From NCBI GenBank assembly GCA_036172245.1, contig JAYWIR010000001.1:4588001-4652000 (forward strand): 64,000 nucleotides of DNA, written 5' to 3'. The notes beneath the pieces are model-generated. The model saw only the letters and a program-made list of their open reading frames with translations, was not told the DNA's origin and made no database searches. The DNA comes from Raillietiella orientalis. Taxonomy: Eukaryota. Positions 1 through 12,296 of the stretch are shown in pieces (position 1 is the first letter of the stretch; the number at the start of each line of letters is the position of its first letter). The position numbers and the translations under genes are program-made.

Positions 1-3000
1 TCCGGGAGGGGGGGCAGGGGTGGAGGGACGTGACGCGACGCGCGGCAGCAGTGGTCTGAACCATCTCCTCCCCGCCACGCGCGCGCTCGAGTCAGTTGAC
101 CTTCGAAGGTCTGATGCAGCCTGGACCACGCTGGCAATGGGAAGCCGGCGGCAGCATGAGAAAAGGAAATGGAAGAGGAAGGGACCGGGAGCGCCGCTGT
201 CCCTCCCAAGAAAAACAGGAGAGGGAGCAGGGAGAACAGAGTGCATGAAAGCCTGGAAAGTCGCTAGAGGCAATGTTAGGAGGGCGAGAGAAGGTCGACC
301 CCTCAGGGGGTCCCGGAAGTCCGAATAAGGGTCGCTTCCGAGCGCTAGTCCCCTCCCCCTCCTCCTTCCTTCCCACGAGCATTAGAGCGTTTTGCCTTGC
401 GCCGGTCGCCTAGTAGTGGCGTTTCCGGGGACGCGGTGAACCTTCGCGGTTTCCTCCTTTGGGGGCTCTCGAGTCCGCCTTCCGGAGTCCTTCGCTGCAG
501 AGGAGCGCGACCTCAGAAAAGCCCGGACGCCGGCCGAGGAAGGCGAGAGAGCTTCCAGGATGCCACTACAACGGCGACCCCTCCGCCGAAGGCATGCGCC
601 TGACCCCTCACGAAGCGGCGACCGGGCTTCCGGGAGCACGGAGGAGGAGGAGGGCACCCAGGTCCGTCTCTACGACCATCGCTCGTCCCCCCCCCCCATC
701 CTCCCTGCGTCGTCACCGCGCACGGAAACCTCGCGGCGACGGTCCTCGCGGTCCCAGCGCGCAGCAAGAACATCCCTGCCACTTTCCCCTCGGGCGAAGA
801 TTCGCCCCCGCACCTCCACCGGAGCCAGGCGGGACCCTTTCTGGTTCGGCGGAGTTGTTTCGACCTCCTGGCAGCTTCCTCCCTGCCGGTGAACCCCCGG
901 CATGGCGCGCGCGCGCATGCACCCTGAAGGGAACCAACCGAACCGGTGGACAGTAGGCACCGGCGGCGCCTGCGCGGTGAACGCAAACCCTCCGCCCGCC
1001 CATTGCGCCTGCGCGCGGAGATCCTTCTCCGAGACGCAGTCCAAGGACCAAGGACCGCGGAAGGTGCATGTCTGTTGCAGCCACCCACCCGCTCCACGAG
1101 AGACGTCGGAGCCCGACCGCTTCCCGCCAGGGCCGTCCGCTTCGTTGGCGGAGTAGCAGCGCCAATCCCGTGCCCGACACCTACTTCGCGCTTGCCCGCG
1201 GGCACTCGACGGAGACCGAACGATCCGCGCTCCTCACCGGATATCGCGAGACGCTCCACGTGAGCCACGAGGGTTGCCGCTTTTGTATCCTCTTGCACTT
1301 TGCGCCACACTTTGTGGTTGCTCAGGCGCTTAAGCTTTCGTATGCACGACTCACGGGAACGACTCATCTCGCGCACTTCTCACTTGCGGATTCTGTAGTC
1401 CACCACCTTGCTGGCTTTCGGTGGGTCTCACACATAATTTAATATGTATACAGGCACTAGGATGATCCCATGCACAGAACTCCCTAAGTGGTCATGTTGA
1501 ACCGAAGGACAGCTGCAGCACGGCATTGGTACGGTGAAATCCGTGTCAGAGCCCCCCTTTGGGGAACACGCAGCTCTTGACGGGAGAAGAAGAAAAAAAA
1601 AAAACTCTTGCTGAGGCGGATGTGGCCCTTCCTCCGGAGAACGGATTTCCCCTTTCCTGTTCAGTAGCGTTCCACGTAAGCTGCGCTTATCCGTTGCCCG
1701 GAAGAAGGAAGTCCGGACGGCTGAATGTGAAAACGGGCTTAGTGCTGTGCAATCCCGAAAATTCCTCAGGTGCAGCGGCTTGTTCATACCGCATCAGGGA
1801 ATGCTCCCCTTCGTCTGCAAAGGCTCCGATGGAATGGAGGTACAAATTTTCCCGCAGGAACAACACTTCGTTACGAAGACATTCCCTTTTTTTTTGGGGG
1901 GGAGCGAATCTGAGGGAACGGGAAGCGCCAGGGAAAGAAGGAAGCCGCCATGACAGACCGTTCCCTAACACAATCGGGATTGTTACGTCACACTTTCTCG
2001 ACGCCCGACCGTTCTGCATTTTGAACTCTTCCGGACGAAGCCACTTCGGTCGGACGAGTCCATTAAGCGATACGCTTATTGGGCGAAAGGATATGCAGCG
2101 AGCAACCGGTGCAATTCGATCGCCGCCTATTCCCAATTAGAGCGGCTTGCTTTCCGATGCACGGACGTGCACACATACACGAAAAAAAAAAAAAAAAAAT
2201 CGAACACCTACACGTCAAAGAAAGGTTACCGTTTCGTATCAAAATACACACAAATGCATGCTTGTTCATGGGAAGTGGATGAGGCATGCCCACTATCCAG
2301 TTTGCTTGGTAATGGACTCGACCGAAGTGCGGACGCAACCACTTTTGCGAAAAGGTAAGTCGCGCAGTCAGGGATAGCAGCACCCAAAGAGGGAAAAATC
2401 TTCCAAATGAAAGAGTTTAGGCTCCATGGCCTACTTCGAAAGAACTCGTTCCACAATCCGTAAAGTCTGACCCGTTTATTCGATGCCCATTTTAAATTAG
2501 AGCAAACCGATAAGCCAGCCTTCGAAGGCATACATCGAATCCATAAATTCGGTTTATGGTTTCGGACATTCGACGGCATTCGATTTTGCAGGGGCCACTC
2601 GGAGAGCTGGAAGTACTGCTACAAGCAGAAAGACGCTTATTTGTGGCTGCGAGGGCGAAACAGAACGGCCAATTCTTTTTCCATTCCTGCTACGAGATTC
2701 TCGATATTCTATTTCATCTTTTTTTTTTTTTTTTTTTTTTGCCCATGTGAAAATTGATTTTTCCACGCATTTCTACACGTCTAGATTTCCATACATTCGT
2801 ACGGTTAGAAATGCAAACGACTGGATGCTGTTGTCTCATATAAATACAGGTATTCATTTTATAAGGAGCTGATTGCATTGGAAGTTCTTGCGCTTCTATC
2901 TCAAATTAAAAGTGGATGGGGATTCCAGGTCAAAATGAAATGGCTGTTTCCATAAATTCATCGTTTTCCATGTTTTGAAGTACCGACCGTCAGGAATGGT

Positions 3001-4304
3001 GGAACACGGTGCCACCATTTAAATCGAATGTGTTTTTGTGAAAGAAAATGGTTCATAATATTCAAGAAATCTAAAAGCCACGCATCCTTTACCTTCATGG
3101 TCATTAAGGATGCCAAGGTCATTAAGGAAAGAGGGACACTGTCGCAAATGTAGGGCAGGTATCCATGTGCTAGCAAATTATGAGGGCGCCAGTCAGGATT
3201 TCAAGGACGTCCCAGTTTGCTAGCATTTCTGCTTTCTTTGGTGCTGAATGGAAAAGGGTTCCAATGATACGCGAGATTTTTGTGAGGTTTTCTTTTTTCC
3301 TTATTTCTTCTTCTTCTTATTCTTTTTTTCTTCTTCCAATCCACTCGTAGAAGGAGTTGAAAATCAGTGTCGGTTTAGCTGAGGAAATGAAAGAAAGAAC
3401 GTTGCACGTGAAGGATTTCAACGCCATGCCATGTAACATAAAGCAGTAAATGACAAGCGAGCAGAGTGTAAGCAAAATTTAAGGATTGCTTTCGATCGAT
3501 TTCAAAAAGAAATGCATTCAGCATCACACGCTTTTGGTGCAGTTGTTTATTTATTTATTTTCAAGTGACTCTTAGTGCTTTCTTGAATCGATGTGCGTAT
3601 TGCAGCTGAATGAGTAAATTCAGCTGTAGACAACTTCCTTCGATCAAGCAGCTTCCTTCATCCATCCTCACCATACGGTCCATTCATCTCTTCGTTCTTT
3701 GCTAAAACCGAATAATAGCGAATATAATAGGAGAAGCATTTCAAAGGCAAAGGCGAATGGGATAGAAAGAAAGAGAGAACAAATAGGAGAAACAAAAATG
3801 TGTTGGTGGTTCGAAACACACGCGTCTCCCTGCCACTTTTCTAGGTGGCCATCATCTTTTTCCAAACACTTTTGGTACCGCGGAAGAAGCTTTTTGGACC
3901 CCTCTGCATCAATTTTGCCGCCTGGGGGCTCAGCCAGTTCAGCAGCACTGCAGTTTTCCACTGCTCCCCTTCCCCCTCGAATCGTCGAGCCACTTTTTGA
4001 GGTGCAGGAAGACGTGGTAGTCACTGGGTGGGACAACAATACAAACTGATCTCAATATACATAACCACTCACATATTTATTAACATGCATGTTACTAAGA
4101 GCAACTTTATTGTAACGGTTTATTCAGATTCCGTGACATACATTTCGTTGATAAAATGAACAAGTTGTCGATTATATTCTTGCTATACATATATTAAAGA
4201 TTACTAAAAGTAAACATATGTGCGTACTATGTACATCAATGTGTATATGTATTCGAGACTCATCCTCGTCATTTTTTTCTCTTTTCCTTCTTCTGGTTTT
4301 CTTT

Positions 4305-4480
4305 TATTTGGTTCTCAAAGTGCTCGAGGACCGTTCGCCTGGCGGCTGAAGCTCTTTGACGCTTTCCCGGCCACCCGAGGGTGAGTGTAGTAATTCTTCA
4401 AGTTAGGGGATAGCCCGGTGGAACCACCCTATGAATCCGGGAAAGCTCCGGAGGAAGGAGTCCGTTCCTCTCACGCTTCA
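4305..4480 (-). mobile_element. 3' tail fragment of the tRNA-headed SINE-like family
   Basis: Aligns by eye to 44010-44180 (cgcctggcggc...ctctttgac...ccacc...aattcttcaag...gaatcc...gtccgttcctctcacgc). Ends in an A-rich tail on the minus strand (gaaccaaataaaag). Confidence 0.75.
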
Positions 4481-4552
4481 GGATACGGCTACTGAGGCAT
4501 CCTTGGCATCCTTCTGTTCTACCATTCCCCCAATATAATCATTTGGCCTGCC

Positions 4553-4670
4553 TTGGAGGCCGTGTGGCTAGGTACCACGCGTCGCAAGTTGGAATCCCCC
4601 CGCAGGATGACGCTAGTTGGCCTGTAGGTTTCGGATGCGGCGGCACTGGTTGACACCCGGTCAGGCCGGG
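4553..4670 (+). mobile_element. 5' head fragment of the same SINE-like family
   Basis: ggaggccgtgtggct...gttggaatccccccgcaggatgacgctagttgg...cggatgcggc matches the head of the 38812 copy. Confidence 0.7.
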
Positions 4671-4869
4671 GAGTTTATTTATAGAAAATAAACACATATG
4701 TCTATGGCAGGACGTTTGATCCTGTTACGTCACTTGTAACTACGAGAGGGAACCTGCGGGGAACTGCCAATCAGACCAGCAGGGTTCGCTACGGCAGCAC
4801 AGGGGAAGGGGATACAAACAAAAAGAAGAAGAATAAAACAAAAAACATACAGTCCAAAAATGGGGGGAT

Positions 4870-5680
4870 TCGGGAAGGGATCACTGTGTGCTGGATGGTC
4901 TCCTCTGCATTCTTGTAAGGATGCCGGCAAGTTCCTGTTTCAAGACTCCCAGACGGGGCCATCTTGACGCTGTCCTCATGAAGAGGACAGCAAAAGAGAT
5001 GGCGTCCCTGTCATTGTGGCCTCCTCTGGAATTGTTCCCTGCGGCCACGACCCCGCCGCCCGGGAGGCAAACTGCTGCTAGGGAGGGATGCAGCCGGCGT
5101 GAGGGCGTCTTCAGACGGAAGAGGCGCTTTCAGACGTCTCTGGGGTTGCCTCCGGGGGCTTCGAGGGTCTCAGCAAAGCGTCCCTAAAGAAACCGGAGGG
5201 CACCTCCTAATGGACTGTGGTCCATTAGGAGGTGCAGGAAGGATTCCCGCTCCCTGCATCTTGCACAGTTCGGGTCCACCCCCTTCCCCCGTGTTCAATG
5301 ATGCCGGCGGGCGTTGCACGGGAGCCCCCAAGTTGCAGCAGCATCAGTGCCGACTGCTGCCACTTCAAGGGGAGAGTGCGGGTGTTCATGGGGCCGAGAG
5401 ACGGGGGCCACTGCAGTTCCTCCTCCGGAATACCCAGTTGCACGCCCCGGTGCAAAAGTCCACGGGGTCGAGCAATGGGGATCGCAGCGCTGGTGAGCTG
5501 GCCCGTCGTCCACTCTCCCAGTCGTCTCCTCCTGCCGGAGATCTCCACGGAGACCTTCCATTTAGCCGTAAGGCTGCTTTCGTCCATGTGTTCCCTAAGG
5601 GAGGGCAGCGCGGCGTCCAGGGAGGCTCTGCTTGTCGACGCGCTCTTCACGGGATCTTCCAGGATCTCCTGGGGCAACTG
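4870..5680 (-). mobile_element. Decayed L1/Tx1-type non-LTR retrotransposon, ORF2 C-terminal (zf-RVT-like) remnant
   Basis: Minus-strand frames give LKWQQSALMLLQ then WGLPCNARRHH*TRGKGVDPNCARCRERESFLHLL, a CxxC...ExxxH motif typical of L1/Tx1 ORF2 ends. Homologous to 61500-62830. Contains stops and frameshifts. Confidence 0.65.
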
Positions 5681-5687
5681 GTGGAAT

Positions 5688-6050
5688 CTGGAAACCCTCG
5701 GATGCCCCCGTTGACTGGCCGGAATTGGAAGTCCGCTCTCTGGGGTCCTCCCGGAACATCAAGGAGCGCCGGTTCCCTTCAGGGTTCTCCTCCGGTTGTG
5801 AAGATGGAGTCGTGGAGCTGGTTGGTACCTTTCCAGAGTGTGTGAGGAAGTGCGCCTCTCCCTTCGGGAAGCGCCCTCCAGCGAAATTCGAAAGCCCCTC
5901 TTCGGGGTTCTCTTCAGAGGAGCGATTTCCTTGCTGGTTCCTTCCAAAGAAGAAATTCGAGGAGCGTGATCCTGTTTCCTGGTTCCTTTCGGAGAAGAAA
6001 TAGGGAGCGGCCCCGCAACCTGGGGTGTCCCTCCGGAGGGAACAAGCGAG
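5688..6050 (+). mobile_element. Internal fragment of the SINE-like family, adjoining the LINE remnant
   Basis: ggatgcccccgttgactggccggaattggaag...ctccggttgtgaagatggag...ttcggggttctcttcagaggag matches the 43.2-43.9 kb and 54.9-55.3 kb copies. Confidence 0.8.
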
Positions 6051-9000
6051 GGTTCGTAAAATCAAATCCTTACCAGGCGGATGGACTGCCTTCCTGCGGA
6101 GCCTGCTAAAAAAAATCTCCAAGAATAGTTAAGATAAAATGCAATGCGATCGCGACGCATCGGATTGGCTGCCTGGCACCCCAGTCCAAGGGCTGGGTGC
6201 TTCTCTTTGTTTTCGGGACTGTCCAGAATAAATGATCCCACTTCTTGCTACCGCCACGTTTCTGGAAGCCGGTCACCTTCTCCGTTCGTGCCGCCACACT
6301 CCATTGGGGCCATCATTTCCCCCTCCCATCCTCCTCCTCCCCCAGTCCCTCCCCTTAGCCTTCCTCCCCTTCTTCGAATGAAGGAACCGGTGAAACCCCT
6401 CTCCCCCCTTCTCCCACTTCCAAGTCCAACGTCCTCCCTTTTTCTCTGGACTACAGCTCTCCTGGATATGGCGGCATCCCAAGTCTGCGGGCATCCACTA
6501 TCAGTTGTACACAAGTGATACTTGTGAGTCCATTCCTTGGCAGGAAACGTCCCGGCGCACCCGGATTAAAACACTCCATTGGGGCACGCTTCCCTGTGTC
6601 GAATTTTCTTTTTGCTCATTTAATCGGTCTTCTGAGTTTTCCCACTGTTTCCGCCACGGTTACTTTTTGTTTTTAAAAATTCGATGTTTATATATTCATT
6701 TAATGTATGTAAACACATATACATGAATATACATAATAACTACATATATTTTTTTATAACGTATGCATACCAAGAATTCAATCAGCAGCTTGTTCTTTTT
6801 ATTGATGGAATGTATGTCACTGAATCTTAATAAAATGTCTTTATTCCAATAACATGACTGCTCATAATACGTATGTAGATGAATATGGATAACCACGCAT
6901 ATTCAAACAAATTTGCACATTAGTCTACGTAGGATAATTGCCTGTGTGCGTGTGTGTGTTTTTATGATCTTTCTGGCTTTTGAACCACCAGATCCTGCGA
7001 CACATCTGATACGGACCCTAAGACAAGTGTTGCGATAGGGTATCTGAAACTCAGAGCTCATCGGAGCATCCGGGATCATAAAATTTTTAGCTTTATCAGT
7101 GCACACGTGCCGTCGCTTCTGCTTGTTTACAAAGAAACTGGCCAAATCTGGAGCCATCTGCATTGCCTGCAGAAATTCGATCACTCGGAGGAGATGCATG
7201 ATCAATGCAGTGAAGAGTGTCCCAGATAGCAAATATCAGAGGTACCTTCAAGTGCACCTGTGGAAACCTTATAAGGCAACACGGACATGCCCGCAACATC
7301 CTGACATCAAGGATGCAGTGCTCCCATTCCTGTCACTGACTATTAGCATTTCATGATGGATCACATGGTGATGGTGCTGAGGTCTCTTGGAGATGCACTG
7401 TACTGTTGAGAGAGGAGAGCCACATGATGGGAGGGGGGGAAGGGTCATAAGTTTGAAAATGGATGCCGAAAACGAAAAATCCTTCGTACCTTGAAATTTT
7501 CTTCCGGATAATCTCCCGTTTCCTCATTTCGCTTCCCCTGCAGAATTTGCTGGTTGATATGCGATCGGAAATTTGTGCCCTTTAAACAGAATTCGTCTAA
7601 ATTGTCTTCTTCGGATTCCACATAACGATAATTTCATTAGTGGTGGTGGCGATTTCCTGGTGGAATGAAATTGAGCATTTGGGGCAAAATTTGGCAATGC
7701 CTAGTTTGACCGGATTCCTGAAGGCTAAAAATAAAAAACAAAACAAACCTTTGTGAAAAATACTGAATTTTCTATGGTGATTACAAAACGTCGCCTTAGA
7801 TGCCAAGAGAGGCTCGGAACATTTGGGGATCCAAACCTGTGGATCACTAGCGGAGACCTCAGAATCAAACAAACAAACAAAATGAGAAATTTAAACGGAT
7901 CGATTTGGCCATGAATTCTTTACGTCCCTCCTCTCTTTACGAGTCCTTCGTTCCTAATGAAGCGACCCTTGAGAAAGTTCTTAGACCTCTGACTGTGAGA
8001 ACCACGATGGCACGGACTTCAGTACTTCCCAGAGCCGCACGTCTTGAGGTTCGAACGAGGGTATCCATCGCTGGTCAGAATTACAGCAAGGCAAAAAACG
8101 TTCTGTTTCCCCCCCCCCCCCTTCCTTTGCGATCCATCTCTTTGACACGTTCCCCGGACTCGACTGACAGCGAGGATGCCGTGAGCAGCAAGGCGGCTGG
8201 ACACCGACACAAGCGTGTTCCTCACTGCAGTGGACAGAGGCAACAGGGAGAATGTCGTGAAGAATTTTTTGATGCAAACTTGAGTGGAGCAGCTTGGCGT
8301 CTTCCGATGTAGCTCCTGCGGCTTTAAGAAAACGGGAACAAGGGAGAGACTTTGTGCTGGGCAATCTGGAAGGTCTTGAACAGGGGAGGTCACGCAGTGA
8401 CGCGGTTGCGAAAATTCTTAGGCATCGAGACGGAATCAATGAAGACTGAGTTTTCCTGTAAATATCGAGTTGTTTCCTGACAGGTTGAAAGCTCTCACAC
8501 TTTTCACTATTTCCAGTGTTTGCGCTTCGTGCAGAAGTCAGGAGCACTTTCCGAGGTACCACTTTGCTCACTCATGAGTTTCTGATTGAGATTGAGAAGA
8601 CGATTTCGAAAATGAAGAAGAAACAAACGAAAAAGAGCGAAAGGGGGATGGGGAAATCTCCTCTACCAAAAGGAGGATTCCGGATCAGAGAACGCAAAGA
8701 GCGCTCGAGGTCCCACGGACGCTTGAAGAACACGACACTGGGAGCAGAAAGACTTCCAGCTGAAGTTTCCAAGGGAAAATTCAGTCTTCTCTATTGTAGA
8801 GAACTGGACACATACCGCAGGTAGATACCTTTCAGTGGATAGATAAAGCCAACATTCTAAGAGTCGGTATAAACAGACACACAAATACGGATAGAATGGA
8901 TGTCATGCATGCAGTTATGTAAATGGATACAGTTGTTCGTGTGACATTGTGGTTGAGCATTGCAAAATTAGAAAGGAAAAAAATCTCAAAACGAGAAAGC

Positions 9001-12000
9001 TACTAGTACCAACGCAAACGAAGCATTCACCAGGAGTAGAACTAGCAGGACTGCAGCGACAGGAAATTGAACTTCGAGAAACGGACACGTGTTTCTCGAC
9101 ACAACCTATTTCGTCGGTAGACTGAGTCTGAACACAGTTGCAGGATAATGAGCTCCTAAACAGATGCATTTAACGTGCAACACGGCTCGGTCGAACTTTT
9201 GGCCCAAAATGGCACACAACAGTATCCAAAAATCTACCTCTAAATCGGCATGTGTGTGTTTTTCAAACCAGACATGAAGAATTTGGAACCTTCTTCGGAA
9301 CGAAGGGGGAAATGAATCCAAGTCGAGTTCAATGCCGACTTGGCGGAGCACACGAGAGGTTTGCGTGCGACTTGGAAACTTCTCGAGACTGAGATTGCAG
9401 TCCAAGAGAAGTGCTCAGACGAGTGGAACTCGCAGAGTTCCGCGTTTCCAAATGAGAAAGTTCATATTATTCGGTAAGGTGCGAAGCGAAGGGCGAATAC
9501 CAGAATTTCCTCCTTTATCTTGAAGGGGGGGAGGGTCTTTTCTTTTCTTTTCAAGAAAAAAGAAGAAAGGCACTCATTATCCTTCTCGTGCCTGGGTGAA
9601 ACATGGGAAAGTCAAACTTGGGAGAGTACGAACTTGAGAGTCAAGAATTTCATTTCGAGTACTTTTGGCACCACTGGCATCACACCGAGAGTTCTTGTAA
9701 TCAGCATGGGTAAGGTCTTTAAACCATACTTCAGTGTTCTTCGCGGCATGTCGACAGGAATAATGCTTTGCAGGTTATCACAGCGGCCTTCTCAGACTCG
9801 ATCTCACTGTTCAGTCCTGTGCTGATCTTTCCAGAAAATGCCTGACCCCTTGACAGCACGTGCGTAAATACCACGGAAAACCATAAAGAGGAACGAGCGT
9901 AAATAATAAGCGGTGGTCTAATGGACAACCTATGGTGGTTTCAGGAATAAGGAATCGAAAGGGTACCAGATTTCAAGGCTTGCAGCAGCCCTATCCAGCT
10001 GCACTTCTCTTGGCACGCGAGTCTTATGCTTTGCAGAGGTGAAGGCATAAGCAACATTGGAAATACTAAATTCGCTAGACAAGCACAGTGGTAGAAGATC
10101 CTTGTGGTTGAATAATTAATTCATCTGCCATCATCGTGGCAGGTGTGAATTCATCGCGCGGACATTCTCCAAAAAACAGAAACTCTTTCGTGGCCAACGA
10201 ACCGTAGCTCTTGAAAACTGGTAGAGGATGGATGCAATCATCGGAAACGAGCGATCTTTTTTTTAACTCCCTTAACAGGCAGTTTCCCCATTGCAATCTG
10301 ACGGCCGGGAAAAAAAAATCGAAAACAAGTTTGCGCGGAAAAAAGAACAAGGCAAATTCGTGAGAACGCTCGATCTGACATCAGGAAATCAATCTGAGCA
10401 GCCTGCTTCCACGGTTCGACCGACCCGTATTTTCTCATGCGGGCGCAGGGAGTGGCGAGCAGGAAATCTCCAAGACGCTACTCTGAATAATTCACTCATC
10501 TGAAGAAATGAAGGGGTTGATGCCAGGCTTCGAGGTTCCGTGCAAAGGATATTGCTGCCGCGACGAACCTGTCGGTGCTGACTATGACGGTCAACCAAAG
10601 GCAGCCTCAAGCTAATAAGTGAGCATCAAGGAATGGCTTTCCGAGAGCAGATTTCAATAGGTGCCCGCGGTGACACGTGTGCGGAGGGGGCAGGGTCGAG
10701 GGCGGGGGAAGTTTGATGTTAGAACAGAACAGCTTGGATTCCCTGCTTTCGCAAACAAAGCTCAGGACTGCGAAGATCTGCAATCAGGAACAAATTCAAG
10801 GCTGACAGGAAAGGAACTTCAGAGAATCTCAGGATCACGACTGGGGCAAAGGATCGATGAGCCAGACATAAAAGGGAAAGTGGATACGCTGTGCATGTCA
10901 CTTGACCTGAGCGTGGGCACAAGGACCAGAAACCAATTCCTTGAGTACATTCGCGCAAAGACCAAAGAGTGAATGATCAGCAAGTGGAATGCAACAAAAC
11001 TCGATTGTTTGGGGAATGCCTATTTAGAATAAAGATTTCTAATGAACATGCGGCTGGTTATGAGGTGGAATAGAGCACACATAGAATTGACGGAGAACGA
11101 AAAATAACTTGTCTCAAGGATAGGAACAATAACCTTCTAAGACACCGAGTCTCCGAACATAGGACGGATAATGGAGGCTAAGATTAGAGAGCCCAAGTTT
11201 ATCTCCCAAGTCGATAATTACCTAAGCTCACAGTTCATAGAAGTTGGAAACAACATCAGTTACACACACATCTGCTCCAGAGGAGACTGAAGATTCTCTC
11301 GGTTCTCCAAGAAAGCACAATAAACGTGAGGCAACGGTGGGGGACTCTGCAACCGCTGGAGTCAACCTGGTGGGAGTGGGGCGTCGATTCTCTGTGTGGA
11401 AGGTCGTCGCAGCGTAGTGCGTTTACCGTCAGCATCAACGAGGCTCAGCTGACGTCTACTGACCCAACCGATTCGTTTCCAGAATGAGCGTCGCTAACTT
11501 CCCCCTCGTTAGCAAAAATTCAAAGTTTTTAACATCGTTCCCGGATACCACCGAGCCCTTTTGCAACCGACATCACTGAAGAGAAGCCGCACTGCATCAC
11601 ACACAAATTTGGTGGGATAGGGGGCATTGGGGAGACGGGTGGAAACCACGTTTACTTGTGAAGATCCCTTGAAGGTGAGCACCGACACGGAAACTGAACA
11701 GGCAGTGATGAATTTGGTATCTTTGATAAATTCAAATGTCGTAAAAACACTTTTTGCAAACGCGTCCGGATTGTGTTCTTGCGCAATGTACTGCTTCTAA
11801 ATCTGAGCTACATCAGTACCTCCCATTATAAAATGAAATACGCAGCGGTGGAGTATATGGAAAACACAGCATAAGTCTCCCACACAACACTTACAATCAA
11901 CTCGGTTTTCGAGTCCTATTGACTATATCTCAAATTATGAGAAACTATCCATTTAGTAATTAGGTGACGAGATAATTGGAGTATCAAGAGGAGGGAAACA

Positions 12001-12296
12001 AATTGGTTAACAAAATCAGAACATGCATTTGAAATCCAGACCAGAATATTCCATTTAAGATTCTAGGACTCAGTGCAGTGGACTATGAGATTCTCTTCTG
12101 CAGCAGTGTTAAATTTAAATACTGTTTAGTATAACTACTTTGAAATAAATGATAATACTTTAGTCCAATATTTTTCTATTCTCCAAAATGGGCAAATAAT
12201 TGCTTTCAATAAATGTCATAAAAACTGTACATTCCACAACAACAAATTACCTGAATTCGCTAGTACGCTCAACATTTGATTTGAACATATTTTTTC

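Noticed and set aside
1-1200. Many long overlapping ORFs in GC-rich DNA (also 58.8-61.4 kb)
   Set aside because: Low-complexity R/P/G/S translations in several frames with no recognisable domain; expected from high GC.
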